DNA of 43,523 bases from Planctomycetota bacterium (lineage in GTDB: Bacteria > Planctomycetota > UBA11346): NCBI GenBank assembly GCA_038231435.1, contig JBBRLJ010000043.1, positions 1-43,523 on the forward strand, in the 5' to 3' direction. Made by a program: the position numbers and the translations under genes. This document shows positions 1 to 9,780 of this stretch, in pieces (positions within the stretch are counted from its first letter, which is position 1; each line of letters begins with the position of its first letter). The notes beneath the pieces were generated by a model. The model was not told the origin of the DNA and made no database searches. It was given only the letters and a program-made list of their open reading frames with translations.

Positions 1-74
1 ACGGCCTCCAGCTTGAACTCCTTGGTGTATTGCCTCCGGGTCTGCCTTCCTGCCTTCTCCTTAAAGCTGCTCAT
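1..74 (-). CDS. IS3-family transposase OrfA, N-terminus (partial)
   Basis: Own translation from ATG at 74: MSSFKEKAGRQTRRQYTKEFKLEA, the typical RRxYTxEFKxEAV start of IS3 OrfA. Not in the ORF track because it is truncated. Confidence 0.85.
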   Translation of the reverse strand, partial: MSSFKEKAGRQTRRQYTKEFKLEA

Positions 75-140
75 GCCTTCTTCTCCCCTGCGACATCGTC
101 TGTCGCTTATCTGGGAGTCCACCAAAGCGGGGGAAGATCA
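1..140 (-). mobile_element. IS3-family insertion sequence, left end (continues beyond window start)
   Basis: Minus strand from 140 reads TGATCTTCCCCCGCTTTGGTGGACTCCCAGATAAG, resembling the IS3 terminal inverted repeat (TGATCTT..CC.G....GTGGAC). It is followed by a transposase OrfA start. Confidence 0.85.
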
Positions 141-229
141 CGGTGGACGCGCTGATCGCGGCCGCACCGTCCTCCCCGCTAAGGTTAGTTACCGCCTGTC
201 GCTGAGTGTTGCGTCCCGACAGCGAGGGA

Positions 230-583
230 TCATGCCGAATGGGCAGGAGTCCCATGCAGGAGTCCCGCCTTACGCAGGCGGTTGATCTCGCGCTCGAGGA
301 CGTGCCGACGGAGCAGGTCATTGGTCATCGCGCTGAGGAAGGCGTTCACGCTGACGCCTTCATGCGCGGCAGCGTCGGCTAGCGCCTTCCAAATCACCTC
401 GGGCATCTTCACCGTCCGTGGCGTCAGTCGGAGATGCGGCGCTCCGGCCCGAGGACGGCCACGTGTCCCCGCGCGTTGCACGGGCAGCTTTTCCCAGGGG
501 ATGTCCGGTGCGTAGCGGGTCTCCGCCCAGCGGACGAGCTTGGCGTACGTGGCGCGATCTGGAAGCTTGGCGGCGTTTTTCAC
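230..583 (-). CDS. Putative antitoxin (BrnA/CopG-like, ribbon-helix-helix C-terminus)
   Basis: RGRP motif followed by an RHH-like segment (RTVKMPEVIWKALADAAAHEGVSVNAFL); starts 9 bp after the toxin-like ORF stop. Confidence 0.65.
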   Translation of the reverse strand: MKNAAKLPDRATYAKLVRWAETRYAPDIPWEKLPVQRAGTRGRPRAGAPHLRLTPRTVKMPEVIWKALADAAAHEGVSVNAFLSAMTNDLLRRHVLEREINRLRKAGLLHGTPAHSA

Positions 584-592
584 GGGGAACTC

Positions 593-877
593 CTACCGCA
601 GTCCGCGGCGGCTGATGGGGAAGCCGGTGATCGGGAAGACCACGATGGGGTAGACCACGGTGCCCTCCAAGATCGCGTAGATGAGGCGGTACCGCTTGCC
701 CCGCAATCGCCCCTCTGCGACCCAACGGTCCGGGTGGTCCCGGTCGCGATCGTGGTCCGAAGCGGTTCGGAAGAGGCGTTCGTAGTCATCGGAGGTGAGC
801 CCGTGCTCCGCGATGTGGTCGACGTTCATGCCAGGGCGAGGGTCCCAGGCGAAGACGAGATCCGGGTTCGGACACAC
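593..877 (-). CDS. Putative BrnT/RelE-like toxin
   Basis: 94 aa with FAWD...N..HI.EHGL....E..F, then R...EGR...GKRYRLIY...VYPI, a BrnT-like layout; lies upstream of the antitoxin-like gene. Confidence 0.65.
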   Translation of the reverse strand: MCPNPDLVFAWDPRPGMNVDHIAEHGLTSDDYERLFRTASDHDRDRDHPDRWVAEGRLRGKRYRLIYAILEGTVVYPIVVFPITGFPISRRGLR

Positions 878-1030
878 CGGTGCGATTCTAGCGGGCGGCT
901 CATAAAGGGGAACACCATTTGTCCATAGATGACTCGGATCAGGGCGGCATCACGGCCCGGGGGCGCATGCCGTGATGGCGCATCTCGGCGGCGGATGCGA
1001 ACAGCTGTGCCGGCAACGCTGCCTGCGCGG

Positions 1031-2392
1031 TCAGGCTGGGCGCGTGTAGGCGCCGGTGGCCTGGACGCGTTCGGGCCACACCAGCATCGGCGTCGCCAAG
1101 ATCCGCGCCGCGATCCCGGCAGCCACCATCCACCACGCCACCGGCGGCACGCCGGGATGGCTCGCGCAGTACGCGTCGAGCGCGCTGACCGCGGCGGGCA
1201 GCGCGGTAGAGACCAGCAGCGCCGCCAGGCTGGCGAGACCCATGAACACCGCCGCGAAGCGCGGGTCTCCGCGCGGCACGATCTCTTGCAGGCGCGCGAT
1301 CCAGGCGATCGACCAGATGCCCTTGGCGACCCCGAACAGCACCAGCACCGCCGGCAGCATCCACCCGATGCCGGCATGCTGCAGGCGCAGCAGGCACAGC
1401 TCGGCGGCGATGGTGATGACGTGCGCGAACACCAGCGTCCTGCGCGCGTGCACGCGCGGGAGCGCCCATCCGGTGGCGACGATCCCGACCAGCATCGCCG
1501 GGTACATCGCGAAGGCCTGCCACCACGCCATGGTCTCGGCGGCGACCCCCGCCTGCAGGTAGAGCTTCGGGATGTAGGCCGATGAGAGATTGACGCCGAC
1601 GCTGGTCACCACCATCCAGCCGACGTGACGCAGCAGCGCCGCGTTGGCGGTCAGTTGCGGCAGCATGGGGCGGTACTCGACGACGCGGTCGGCCGGCGGC
1701 ATGCCCGGCGCCAACGCGAGGGGCCATACGCCGATGATGCCCACCAGGGTCGCGGCGCCGAGCATCAGCATCAGATAGGGCAGATCCGCCGGCTCGTGGC
1801 CGAGGCCGGCCGGGCTGTGGCTGAGGAAGCGGTGCGTGTACCAATAGACCCCGAGCAGGACCAGGGCCACCACCACGTAGCTCGACAGCTGCCGCCACGC
1901 GTAGAAGACGCCGCGCAACTCACGCGGCACCAGCGCCTGCGTCCAGACGATGAACGAGGCGACGCTGACCGAGGCGATGAGCTGGGTGAGGAACACCGAC
2001 ACGAAGACGCCGGCGATGATCGCATTGGCGCCGAACCCGGCCCACCAGCCGAAGATGGGCCACAGCAGCGTGCCCGACCAGGCGCAGCGGCCGAGCAGGC
2101 AGTCGATCACGCAGGCGCGCTTCGGGTCGCTCGGGCGGCGCAGCAGCACCACCACGGTCTGGCCCACGCCACCGAGGGATACCATCATCGGCAGCCAGGC
2201 GAGGGTGGTGTCGGTGGCGCCGAGCAGGGTGAGGTAGGCGACGAAGTAGTAGAACTCCATCGACATGGCGCCGGTGATCTGCGTCCAGATGAACGCCGGC
2301 GTCACTTCGAAGACCAGCCAACCGATGCCGGGACGCCCCTCGACGAGGTCCTTGCCGCCCAGGGCCGCCACCGGCCGATCGATCGCCTGCAT
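1031..2392 (-). CDS. MFS transporter
   Basis: About 12 hydrophobic segments; likely start MQAIDRP at 2392, inside the longer ORF 1031..3232. Confidence 0.8.
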   Translation of the reverse strand: MQAIDRPVAALGGKDLVEGRPGIGWLVFEVTPAFIWTQITGAMSMEFYYFVAYLTLLGATDTTLAWLPMMVSLGGVGQTVVVLLRRPSDPKRACVIDCLLGRCAWSGTLLWPIFGWWAGFGANAIIAGVFVSVFLTQLIASVSVASFIVWTQALVPRELRGVFYAWRQLSSYVVVALVLLGVYWYTHRFLSHSPAGLGHEPADLPYLMLMLGAATLVGIIGVWPLALAPGMPPADRVVEYRPMLPQLTANAALLRHVGWMVVTSVGVNLSSAYIPKLYLQAGVAAETMAWWQAFAMYPAMLVGIVATGWALPRVHARRTLVFAHVITIAAELCLLRLQHAGIGWMLPAVLVLFGVAKGIWSIAWIARLQEIVPRGDPRFAAVFMGLASLAALLVSTALPAAVSALDAYCASHPGVPPVAWWMVAAGIAARILATPMLVWPERVQATGAYTRPA

Positions 2393-2457
2393 GCCGCAAC
2401 GATGCAGGGCGCGCGCGCGCCGCAAGCCCACCGACGGCCCGTGACTCGGAAGAGATC

Positions 2458-3198
2458 TTACGAGCGGTGGTCGCGCTCGATCTCGATGGCGCGCGCGTGA
2501 CGGTCGGCGCGATAGCTGGCGATGGCGAACTCGAGCGGCCGGCGTTGGGCGTCCGCGACCACCCGGCGGCGTTCCAGCACCGCGGCGCCGCGCTTGATGC
2601 CCAGGCGCCGGCTGGTGGCGGCATCGGCGAGGGTGGCTCGCACCTCCTCGTGGATGCGGGCGGGGATGATGCCGAGATCGTTCTCGAGCAGGACCCACAG
2701 CGGGCGCGTGAAATCCTCGGTCCCGCTCAGCTCGATGCGCGGATGGAGCCAAGACACCACCAGTGACACCGGTCCATGCTCGTCGCCGAGCAGCCGCTCG
2801 ACCCGCGTCATCTGGTCGCCCGGCGCCACCTGGAGCATGCGCGCGGCCACGGCATCCGCGGGAATCCGACCGATCGCCAGGTCGAGGGTCTTCGATCCCG
2901 GGGTGCGTGGCTCGATCTCGTCCAGGAAACCGTCCCAAGGAGCCCGGTGGGGCACCGCCCGGACCAGGACGACGTGGGTGCCGACGCCACGGCGGCGTTC
3001 CAGAAGCCCCTCTGAAGCCAGCCGACCGATGGCGGCCCGCACCGTGTTGCGGCTGATGCCGAGGCGCTTGGCGAGTCCGATCTCGTCCGGCAGCTTGGCG
3101 CCGGCGCGGTGTTCCGGCCTCTCGATCAGCTGCCGCAGCAGTGCTTCCACCTGTACGTGCAGTGGGATGTGACTCGCGGGGTCGACTTTGAAAGGCAT
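2458..3198 (-). CDS. GntR-family (HutC/UTRA) transcriptional regulator
   Basis: MPFKVDPASHIPLHVQV...KLPDEIGLAKRLGISRNTVRAAIGRLASEGLLERRRGVGT winged HTH, plus a UTRA-like C-terminus (PLEFAIASYRAD). Confidence 0.9.
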   Translation of the reverse strand: MPFKVDPASHIPLHVQVEALLRQLIERPEHRAGAKLPDEIGLAKRLGISRNTVRAAIGRLASEGLLERRRGVGTHVVLVRAVPHRAPWDGFLDEIEPRTPGSKTLDLAIGRIPADAVAARMLQVAPGDQMTRVERLLGDEHGPVSLVVSWLHPRIELSGTEDFTRPLWVLLENDLGIIPARIHEEVRATLADAATSRRLGIKRGAAVLERRRVVADAQRRPLEFAIASYRADRHARAIEIERDHRS

Positions 3199-3201
3199 GT
3201 C

Positions 3202-3227
3202 CCAATGTACCAATGTAGGTACATTGG
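3202..3227. promoter_or_regulatory. Palindromic operator, probably bound by the adjacent GntR
   Basis: CCAATGTA-GG-TACATTGG palindrome (3210-3227) with an extra CCAATGTA half-site at 3202, immediately upstream of the GntR ATG. Confidence 0.65.
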
Positions 3228-3304
3228 AACAAGTGACCCCTGAGGCCCGTGAGTGGGAGTGATACCGACTAGCACCATCAGGCACGCTTGCATCGTCTGA
3301 AAAA

Positions 3305-6300
3305 ATGACGTATGACCTCACTCCCATGGTTGCGACCGTTGCGTTCTGGTGCGTGGATTGCGGGTACCGGCAGGATGTGCCGGACCGGCTGCTCGGGCGC
3401 AAAGTCAGATGCCCCAAGTGCGAAACGCGGCAGATCGTGCGCGCTCGCGGCGCCAACGCCCGCGTCGACGGCACCGATTCGGATTCGGTCTCCGGCTCGG
3501 TCTCGTCGTCGTCGCTGCCTCCCAAAGCCGCACGGCCCGATCCGGGTCCGTCGCTGCCGCGCTCTCCAGCTTCGAACGCTCTCGAACGGCGCCGCGTCAC
3601 CGAGACCTTTGCCGGCGAGGATACGCTGTCATCCAGCCTGCCCGGAGACACGCCTCCCACGGTGGTGCGTCCGACCACGCGCACGGTGCGCGCGTCTACG
3701 CGAGCCGACACCGAGACGGAATCCCCGGACGAGCTCAGCTTCGCCGATGTGACCTTCAAGAAATCGCAGGACCTGCCCGAAGACGAGCAGTCGCTCAACA
3801 CCGACAGCATGAACTCGCTGGCGGGCACCTCGCTGGCGACGATCAAGCCGTCGACCGATGTCTACACCCGCGTCATGGCGCTCGGCACCGGCTACCGCCT
3901 CGGCAAGGTCATCGGCCGCGGCGGCATGGGCGCGGTGCACGCCTCCGAGCAGCTCTCGCTCGGCCGCATGGTGGCGATCAAGACCATCCGCGCCGATGCC
4001 GACGACGTGGCCGCCGCCGGTCGCTTCCGCGCAGAGGCCATGGTCATGGCCCTGCTCGAGCATCCGAACATCATTCCCGTGCACGATCTCGTCGACGTGC
4101 AGGGCGAACTGCGCTTGGTGATGAAGAAGATCCAGGGCGTGACCTGGCGCGACCTCATCTACCCGTCCAGCGAGCAGCACGTGAAGCGCTCGTTGGCGGC
4201 CAAGCTCGACGACCACCTCGACATCCTGCTGAAGACCTGCGACGCCATCGCCTTCGCGCATGATCGCGGCATCGTCCATCTCGACCTCAAACCCGCGAAC
4301 ATCATGGTGGGATCGTTCGGCGAGGTGCTGGTCCTCGATTGGGGCTGCGCACTGGCCACCGGACCAGTCGGTAGCGATGCGATCCCGACGGTAGCGGATT
4401 TCCACGGTCTGTCCGGCACCCCGGCGTACATGGCGCCCGAGATGGCCACCCAGTCCGGTGATCTCGGCACCACCACCGACGTGTACCTCCTTGGCGCCAT
4501 CCTCTACGAGCTGGTGGCCGGCCAGCCGCCGCATCGCGCCGATAGCGTGCACGCCAGTCTCGCCGCCGCCGCCCTGAACGAAGTCGCCCCGCCGCGCGCG
4601 CGCGGCGGTCGCCCCGCCCCGCCCGAACTGGTGGCGCTGGCGCTCGCCGCGATGTCGACGGACACCTCGAAGCGCCCGCCCACGGTGGCCGCGTTCGCCG
4701 CCCAGGTGCGCGACTACCGGCGGCATGTCGAGGCCATCCGCCTCGCTGACACCGCCAAGCAGCATCTCGCGGCTGCGGCGACCGATCGCGAGCGCGCCGA
4801 CGACGAATTCCGCAAGGCCCAGGCGGCCTGTGAGCAGGCCGTCTCGCAGTGGCCGGAATGGACGGCTGCGAAGGAGCTGCTGGCGCAGACCCTGCTCGCC
4901 TACTCCCAGCACTCCCTGTCGACCGGAGCGCACAAGCTCGCGCAGACGCACGCGCTCTCGGCGCTCGACCATTTCCGCAAGCTCGGCACCAACGCCCCCG
5001 ACGCGCAGCTGAAGGCGGCGAAGGACGTGATCGACCTCGCCACCGCCGATGAGCGCGCCCAGCGCGCGCGACAGAAGCACATCCGCGTACTGGTCGTGGG
5101 CCTGGTGCTGGTGCTGGTCCTCGGCGTCATCGGGCTGACCGTGGGCCTGGCGACGATGTCCTCGCAGCGCTCGCGCATCGTCGAAGAGAGCCGCAGCGCG
5201 GCCCAGGCGTTGGCGTCGCTGCGCGGCGAGCAGGAACAGCGCAAGAACGAGCAGCGCGCTTTCGCGCCGGTACTGATCGGCAAGGCCCGCCACGACGTCG
5301 ATGGTCGCAAGCCCAGCGACGCCCTGCAGGCCCTGTCGATCGCCCACGAGTTCGATCCCGAGAACGACGACGTGCCGCTCCTGCAGGCCGAGATCCACGC
5401 GGCGCAGAAGCACTGGCAGGAATGCGTCACCGCGCTCACCCCCTTGCGCGGGCGCATCGACGACGCCAACCAGCTCGCCACCATTGCCGAGGGCATGATC
5501 GCGCGCTGGACCCCCGAGCTCGAGTCGCACCTCGCCTCATTCCTGGTCGGTCATGGGCTGATCGCCCTGGTCGACGCCAAGAAGCTGCCGAAGGACGACC
5601 TCGAGGCCTTCTACCGTAGCGCTTTCGATGCGTTCTGGAACGGATCAGGCAAGAGCATCCGCATCGCCAACGGCACCATCGCATTCGAGCCGGCAGAGGA
5701 TGCCGCCGCCGCCCATCAGATCCGCGACCTCTCGCCGCTGCACGGATTGCCGTGCCGCGAACTGCGCCTGAACGACACCCGCGTCGCCGACCTGTCCTCG
5801 CTCAAGGGCATGCCCTTGACCAGACTCGCGCTCGCGCGCATGCCAGTGAGCGACCTCGATGCCCTCGGCGGCATGGGCCTCGAGGACCTCGACATCTCGG
5901 ACACCAGCGTCGCCGACCTGCGCCCGCTGGTGGGCCAGCCGCTCAAGCGCCTGGTCGCCGCCGGAACCCCGGTGGCAGATCTGCGCCCGCTCGCCGGACT
6001 GCCGCTCGAGGAGCTCGATCTGTCGCGCACCCGGGCCGCCGACCTCAAGCCGCTCTCGCGCCTGCCCTTGCGCGCGCTGTCGCTGGCCGCCACCCAGGTG
6101 GTCGAGCTCGAGCCGCTCGCGGCGATCCCGCTGCGCACGCTATCGTTGCGCGACACCCGCATCCGCGACCTCAGCGAGCTCGCGCACATCCCGCTGACCA
6201 CGCTCGACCTCGCCGGAACGCCAGTGCGCTCGCTGAACACCATCTCGGGGCTTGCGCTCGTCGAGCTCGACCTCGGCGGTTGCCGCGAGATCACCTCGAT

Positions 6301-6514
6301 CGCCGATCTCGCGGGCATGCCGCTCAAGCGCCTGAACCTGGTCGGCACCATGGTCACCGATCTGCGTCCGCTCGCCGCCATGCCCCTCGAGCGCCTCGAC
6401 TTCACCCCGTCGGCGATCACCGCTGGGATCGACGAACTGCGCGCCATTCCGACGCTCAAGCAGATCGGGCGCGAGGATGCGCAGGCCTTCTGGCAGCGCT
6501 ATGACCGCAAGTGA
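3305..6514 (+). CDS. Membrane Ser/Thr protein kinase with N-terminal Zn-ribbon and C-terminal leucine-rich repeats
   Basis: CVDC..CPKC N-terminus; kinase motifs IGRGGMG, VAIK, HLDLKPANI, DWG, GTPAYMAPE; one TM helix; about 11 LRRs (DLxPLxGLPLxxLxLxxT). Confidence 0.92.
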   Translation: MTYDLTPMVATVAFWCVDCGYRQDVPDRLLGRKVRCPKCETRQIVRARGANARVDGTDSDSVSGSVSSSSLPPKAARPDPGPSLPRSPASNALERRRVTETFAGEDTLSSSLPGDTPPTVVRPTTRTVRASTRADTETESPDELSFADVTFKKSQDLPEDEQSLNTDSMNSLAGTSLATIKPSTDVYTRVMALGTGYRLGKVIGRGGMGAVHASEQLSLGRMVAIKTIRADADDVAAAGRFRAEAMVMALLEHPNIIPVHDLVDVQGELRLVMKKIQGVTWRDLIYPSSEQHVKRSLAAKLDDHLDILLKTCDAIAFAHDRGIVHLDLKPANIMVGSFGEVLVLDWGCALATGPVGSDAIPTVADFHGLSGTPAYMAPEMATQSGDLGTTTDVYLLGAILYELVAGQPPHRADSVHASLAAAALNEVAPPRARGGRPAPPELVALALAAMSTDTSKRPPTVAAFAAQVRDYRRHVEAIRLADTAKQHLAAAATDRERADDEFRKAQAACEQAVSQWPEWTAAKELLAQTLLAYSQHSLSTGAHKLAQTHALSALDHFRKLGTNAPDAQLKAAKDVIDLATADERAQRARQKHIRVLVVGLVLVLVLGVIGLTVGLATMSSQRSRIVEESRSAAQALASLRGEQEQRKNEQRAFAPVLIGKARHDVDGRKPSDALQALSIAHEFDPENDDVPLLQAEIHAAQKHWQECVTALTPLRGRIDDANQLATIAEGMIARWTPELESHLASFLVGHGLIALVDAKKLPKDDLEAFYRSAFDAFWNGSGKSIRIANGTIAFEPAEDAAAAHQIRDLSPLHGLPCRELRLNDTRVADLSSLKGMPLTRLALARMPVSDLDALGGMGLEDLDISDTSVADLRPLVGQPLKRLVAAGTPVADLRPLAGLPLEELDLSRTRAADLKPLSRLPLRALSLAATQVVELEPLAAIPLRTLSLRDTRIRDLSELAHIPLTTLDLAGTPVRSLNTISGLALVELDLGGCREITSIADLAGMPLKRLNLVGTMVTDLRPLAAMPLERLDFTPSAITAGIDELRAIPTLKQIGREDAQAFWQRYDRK

Positions 6515-8558
6515 AGCGTCGCGAGTAGCCGCGCCCAGGCGGCTGCCTCCGGCCTCGGCCGCGGTCCAGGCGATGGTGGTCGCCGCGCGCCGGCGCTCGC
6601 TGCTCGATGACGAAGGCCTGCACCGGGTCGGATTGCGCGCCGTCCGCCGCGGCGTGCGTACGCTGGCCGAATTGCGCACCTGGCTGCGCGACGCCGGCGA
6701 CTGCACGCCGCGCCTGGCCGCGCGCCTGGCCGATCTGCTGCCGAGCCCGGAGGCCGAATCCGCCGGGCCGTTCCGCCTGCTCGCGCACCTCGCGGATGGC
6801 GGCATGGGGCGCGTCCACCTTGCCGAGGACGCCGTTGGCAGGCTGGTGGTGGTCAAGACGCTCAAGCCCGAGTACGGCAGCAGCGAGCGTTACGCGCACC
6901 GCTTCACGCGCGAGGCCGAGATCACCGCGCGCCTGGATCACGCCAATCTGGTGCGCAGCCTCGGCCATGGCCGCACCGCCCGCGGCGCGCTGTGGCTGGC
7001 GCTCGAATTCGTCCCGGGAGGGGACCTCGGCAGCCTGATCGAGAGCGGCGCGGTGCTCGGCGAGGCCGAGGCCCTGCTGATCACCTGCCAGGTCGCGCGT
7101 GCGCTCGAGCACGCGCATCGCATGGCGCTGATCCATCGTGATCTCAAGCCGAGCAACATCTTCCTCGCCGCCGATGGCACGGCGAAGCTCGCCGACTTCG
7201 GCCTCGCGCGTTCGACGGTCGAAGAGTACTCGGTGCAGACGGTGGCCGGCGCCGCCATGGGCAGCCCGAACTTCATGTCGCCCGAGCAGATCGAAGGCCG
7301 GCGGGACGTGGACATCCGCTGCGATCTCTATGCGCTCGGCTGCGTGCTCTATTTCGCGCTGACCGGATCGCCTCCGTACGTGGCCGACGAACCCGCCGAG
7401 ATCATGCGCATGCACCTGCGCGAACCTCCTCGTGACGTGCGCACCGTGCGCCCGGAAATCAGCGACCGCACCGCCAAGACCATCCTCAAGCTCATGCAGA
7501 AAGACCGCTCGCGGCGCTACCAGGAGCCGCGCCGTCTCGTCGAGAGCCTCGAGAAGACCCTGCGCGCCCTCGGCGCCGAGCCTGGCGACGCGCTGGCGGA
7601 GCAGACCATCAACCGCTCGATGCGCCGCCAGCCGGCGCCCATGGTCGCCGAGCCCACTCCGGCGCAGGCGCTCGCTGCCACCCCGACGACGGCACCGCGA
7701 CCCGCGCCGGAAAACGCGCGCGGAAGCGTGCCGGAAAGCGAGCCCGCTTCGTCGCCGGAGATGACCCGCGCCGACGACGCCGAGATGACTTTGGCGGTCT
7801 CAGGCGAGGGCCTGGATACGCTGCGCGATGACGGCCCGGCGCCCCAGCAGGCCGACCTCTCGCGCGCCATCGGCGCGCGTTGGCTGCACGTCGTAGGTGG
7901 GGGAAGCTATCCGCTGACGCTCATGCTGATGGCCCAGGCGCAGGCAGTGATGGGCAAGTTGCGCGAGTCGCCGATCGACATCCCGCTGCGCGTCTATCCG
8001 ATCGACGTCTTCGGCGACGAATGCCGCCGGGTCAGCCGCAGCCAATGCCGGGTGTGGGCCGATCCCGCCGCCGGCAAGGCGTACATCGAGGACAGCGGCA
8101 GCGCCAATGGCACGGTGCTCGACGGCCGCGTACTCAATCCCACGTCGCCGTGGGCGCTCGAGGACGGACGCGAGCATCGCCTCGAGGTCCCGCGGGCCAT
8201 CCGCCTGTCGTTGAAGGCGCTGCCACAACGCACGCGCCGGGAGACCTCCAGCGTCGGCCAGACCGCCGACGTCGGCATCGATTCCCTGCAGGTGCACGAC
8301 GCGCTGGTGCTGCGGCGGCTCGACAACCGGCCCTCGCTCGCCTATGCGCTGGTACTACGCCGGATCACCATCGGCTCCGTCGACGCCGATATCGCGTGCA
8401 GCAACTGGAGCGGGCCCGACCTCGAACTCGCGCTGCTCGGCGGCCGCTGGGTGTGGCGCAACCTCGGCCTGCGCAGCTGGTATCCGGTCGTCGCCGGCGA
8501 GGAGCTCGGCGCATCCGGGCTGCGCTGCTCGGCCGGCGACTACGACGCCTTCCGCTGA
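6501..8558 (+). CDS. Ser/Thr protein kinase with C-terminal FHA-like domain
   Basis: GGMGRV, HRDLKPSNI, DFG, GSPNFMSPE; FHA-like RVSRSQC...IEDSGSANGT. Start codon uncertain (6477, 6501 or later). Confidence 0.9.
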   Translation: MTASEASRVAAPRRLPPASAAVQAMVVAARRRSLLDDEGLHRVGLRAVRRGVRTLAELRTWLRDAGDCTPRLAARLADLLPSPEAESAGPFRLLAHLADGGMGRVHLAEDAVGRLVVVKTLKPEYGSSERYAHRFTREAEITARLDHANLVRSLGHGRTARGALWLALEFVPGGDLGSLIESGAVLGEAEALLITCQVARALEHAHRMALIHRDLKPSNIFLAADGTAKLADFGLARSTVEEYSVQTVAGAAMGSPNFMSPEQIEGRRDVDIRCDLYALGCVLYFALTGSPPYVADEPAEIMRMHLREPPRDVRTVRPEISDRTAKTILKLMQKDRSRRYQEPRRLVESLEKTLRALGAEPGDALAEQTINRSMRRQPAPMVAEPTPAQALAATPTTAPRPAPENARGSVPESEPASSPEMTRADDAEMTLAVSGEGLDTLRDDGPAPQQADLSRAIGARWLHVVGGGSYPLTLMLMAQAQAVMGKLRESPIDIPLRVYPIDVFGDECRRVSRSQCRVWADPAAGKAYIEDSGSANGTVLDGRVLNPTSPWALEDGREHRLEVPRAIRLSLKALPQRTRRETSSVGQTADVGIDSLQVHDALVLRRLDNRPSLAYALVLRRITIGSVDADIACSNWSGPDLELALLGGRWVWRNLGLRSWYPVVAGEELGASGLRCSAGDYDAFR

Positions 8559-8588
8559 GGCTGCATGCAGCCGAGTCGGCGGGGCTGG

Positions 8589-9725
8589 TCAGGGCCACGC
8601 CGCCAGCGCCGTGGCGCAATCGTCCAGCGATGGCACCAGCGCCAGACGGAACCAGCCATCGGCGCCAGCGCCAAAGAATCCGCCAGGACTGATGACGATG
8701 CCTGCTTCCAGGCAGCGCGTGGCGTACGTGTCCGCGCTGGCGCCGCCGGGAACTTTCGCCCACAGGTACAGGCCGGCATGCGACGGCAGGATCTCGATGC
8801 CCTTGGCCGCGAGGCCCGTCGCCAGCACACGGTACTTGGCCGCGAACACCTGGCGCCGCGCCGCGGCGTGCGTGTCGTCGCTCCACGCCATGGCGGCCGC
8901 GTTCTCGATGAAGGTGGGACTGCCCACGCCCATGTGCGCCCGCCAGCCGCGGTACGCGCCGATCAGCGCCGCGTCGCCGGCGATGAAGCCGCTGCGGTAC
9001 CCGGTCATGCCGCTGCGTTTCGAGCAGCTGTGGAAGGCGAGCACGCCCTGAGTCGTGGCCTCGAGCAGCGACGGCGGCGGCTCGGCGCCGTCGAACCACA
9101 GATCCTGATAGCACTCGTCGGAGGCGAGCAGGATGCCGTTGGCATTGGCCGCGGCGGCCTGGGCCGCGAAATAACCGCGGTCGACGCATGCTCCGGTGGG
9201 GTTGTGCGGATAGTTGATCCAGGCGATGGCGGTGCGCTCGAGCACGTCGCGGGGCAGACGTTCGAGCTCGAGGCGGTAGCCACGCGCGCGTTCGAGCACC
9301 ACCGCGTGCTCGCGTCCACCGGCGAAGAGCGCGCCCGACTGATAGACGGGGTATCCAGGAGTGCCGTGGACGACAGTGTCGCGCCCTGAGGAGGGATCGA
9401 GGAAGGCGAGCGGCAGGTGGAAGATCGCCTCCTTCGAACCGGCCGACGGCAGCACCTGGGTGGCGGGATCGATGCGCACGCCGAAGCGCCTGCCCAGGTA
9501 TTCCGCTGCCGCCTGGCGCAGCGTCGGCGTTCCGGCTACCGAGGGGTACTGGCTGACCGCCGGGACGGCCTGGCGCAATGCTTCGGGGATGAAGGACGGC
9601 GTCGGCTCGATCGGATCGCCGGTTCCGAAGTCGAACACCGTCTTGCCGGCCTTGGCCAAGGCGGCCTTGCGCGCCTGGAGCTCTGCCATCGGGTACGGCT
9701 TCAATGCGCGCAGCAGGGGGTTCAT
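8589..9725 (-). CDS. PLP-dependent class I/II aminotransferase (DapC/DapL-like)
   Basis: NYPHNPTG, SDECY, SCSKRSGMTGYRSGF motifs; start MNPLLRAL at 9725. Confidence 0.85.
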   Translation of the reverse strand: MNPLLRALKPYPMAELQARKAALAKAGKTVFDFGTGDPIEPTPSFIPEALRQAVPAVSQYPSVAGTPTLRQAAAEYLGRRFGVRIDPATQVLPSAGSKEAIFHLPLAFLDPSSGRDTVVHGTPGYPVYQSGALFAGGREHAVVLERARGYRLELERLPRDVLERTAIAWINYPHNPTGACVDRGYFAAQAAAANANGILLASDECYQDLWFDGAEPPPSLLEATTQGVLAFHSCSKRSGMTGYRSGFIAGDAALIGAYRGWRAHMGVGSPTFIENAAAMAWSDDTHAAARRQVFAAKYRVLATGLAAKGIEILPSHAGLYLWAKVPGGASADTYATRCLEAGIVISPGGFFGAGADGWFRLALVPSLDDCATALAAWP

Positions 9726-9780
9726 GCGAGGCAACGCTAGGGCTGCCCCGCGCTGGCCAAGCGAGGAACCGGCTCGCGGT

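Noticed and set aside
2393..3846. Long N-terminal extensions of the MFS (to 3232) and GntR (to 3846) ORFs
   Set aside because: They overlap other real genes and are GC-rich open-frame artefacts; starts were reset to 2392 and 3198.
3629..5530. Long antisense or alternate-frame ORFs (also 11074-12384, 13172-14443, 32991-34769, 40377-42299)
   Set aside because: Shadow ORFs of well-supported genes in high-GC DNA; no motifs.
5716..6420. Periodic ~66-bp DNA repeats
   Set aside because: Explained by the leucine-rich repeats of the kinase.
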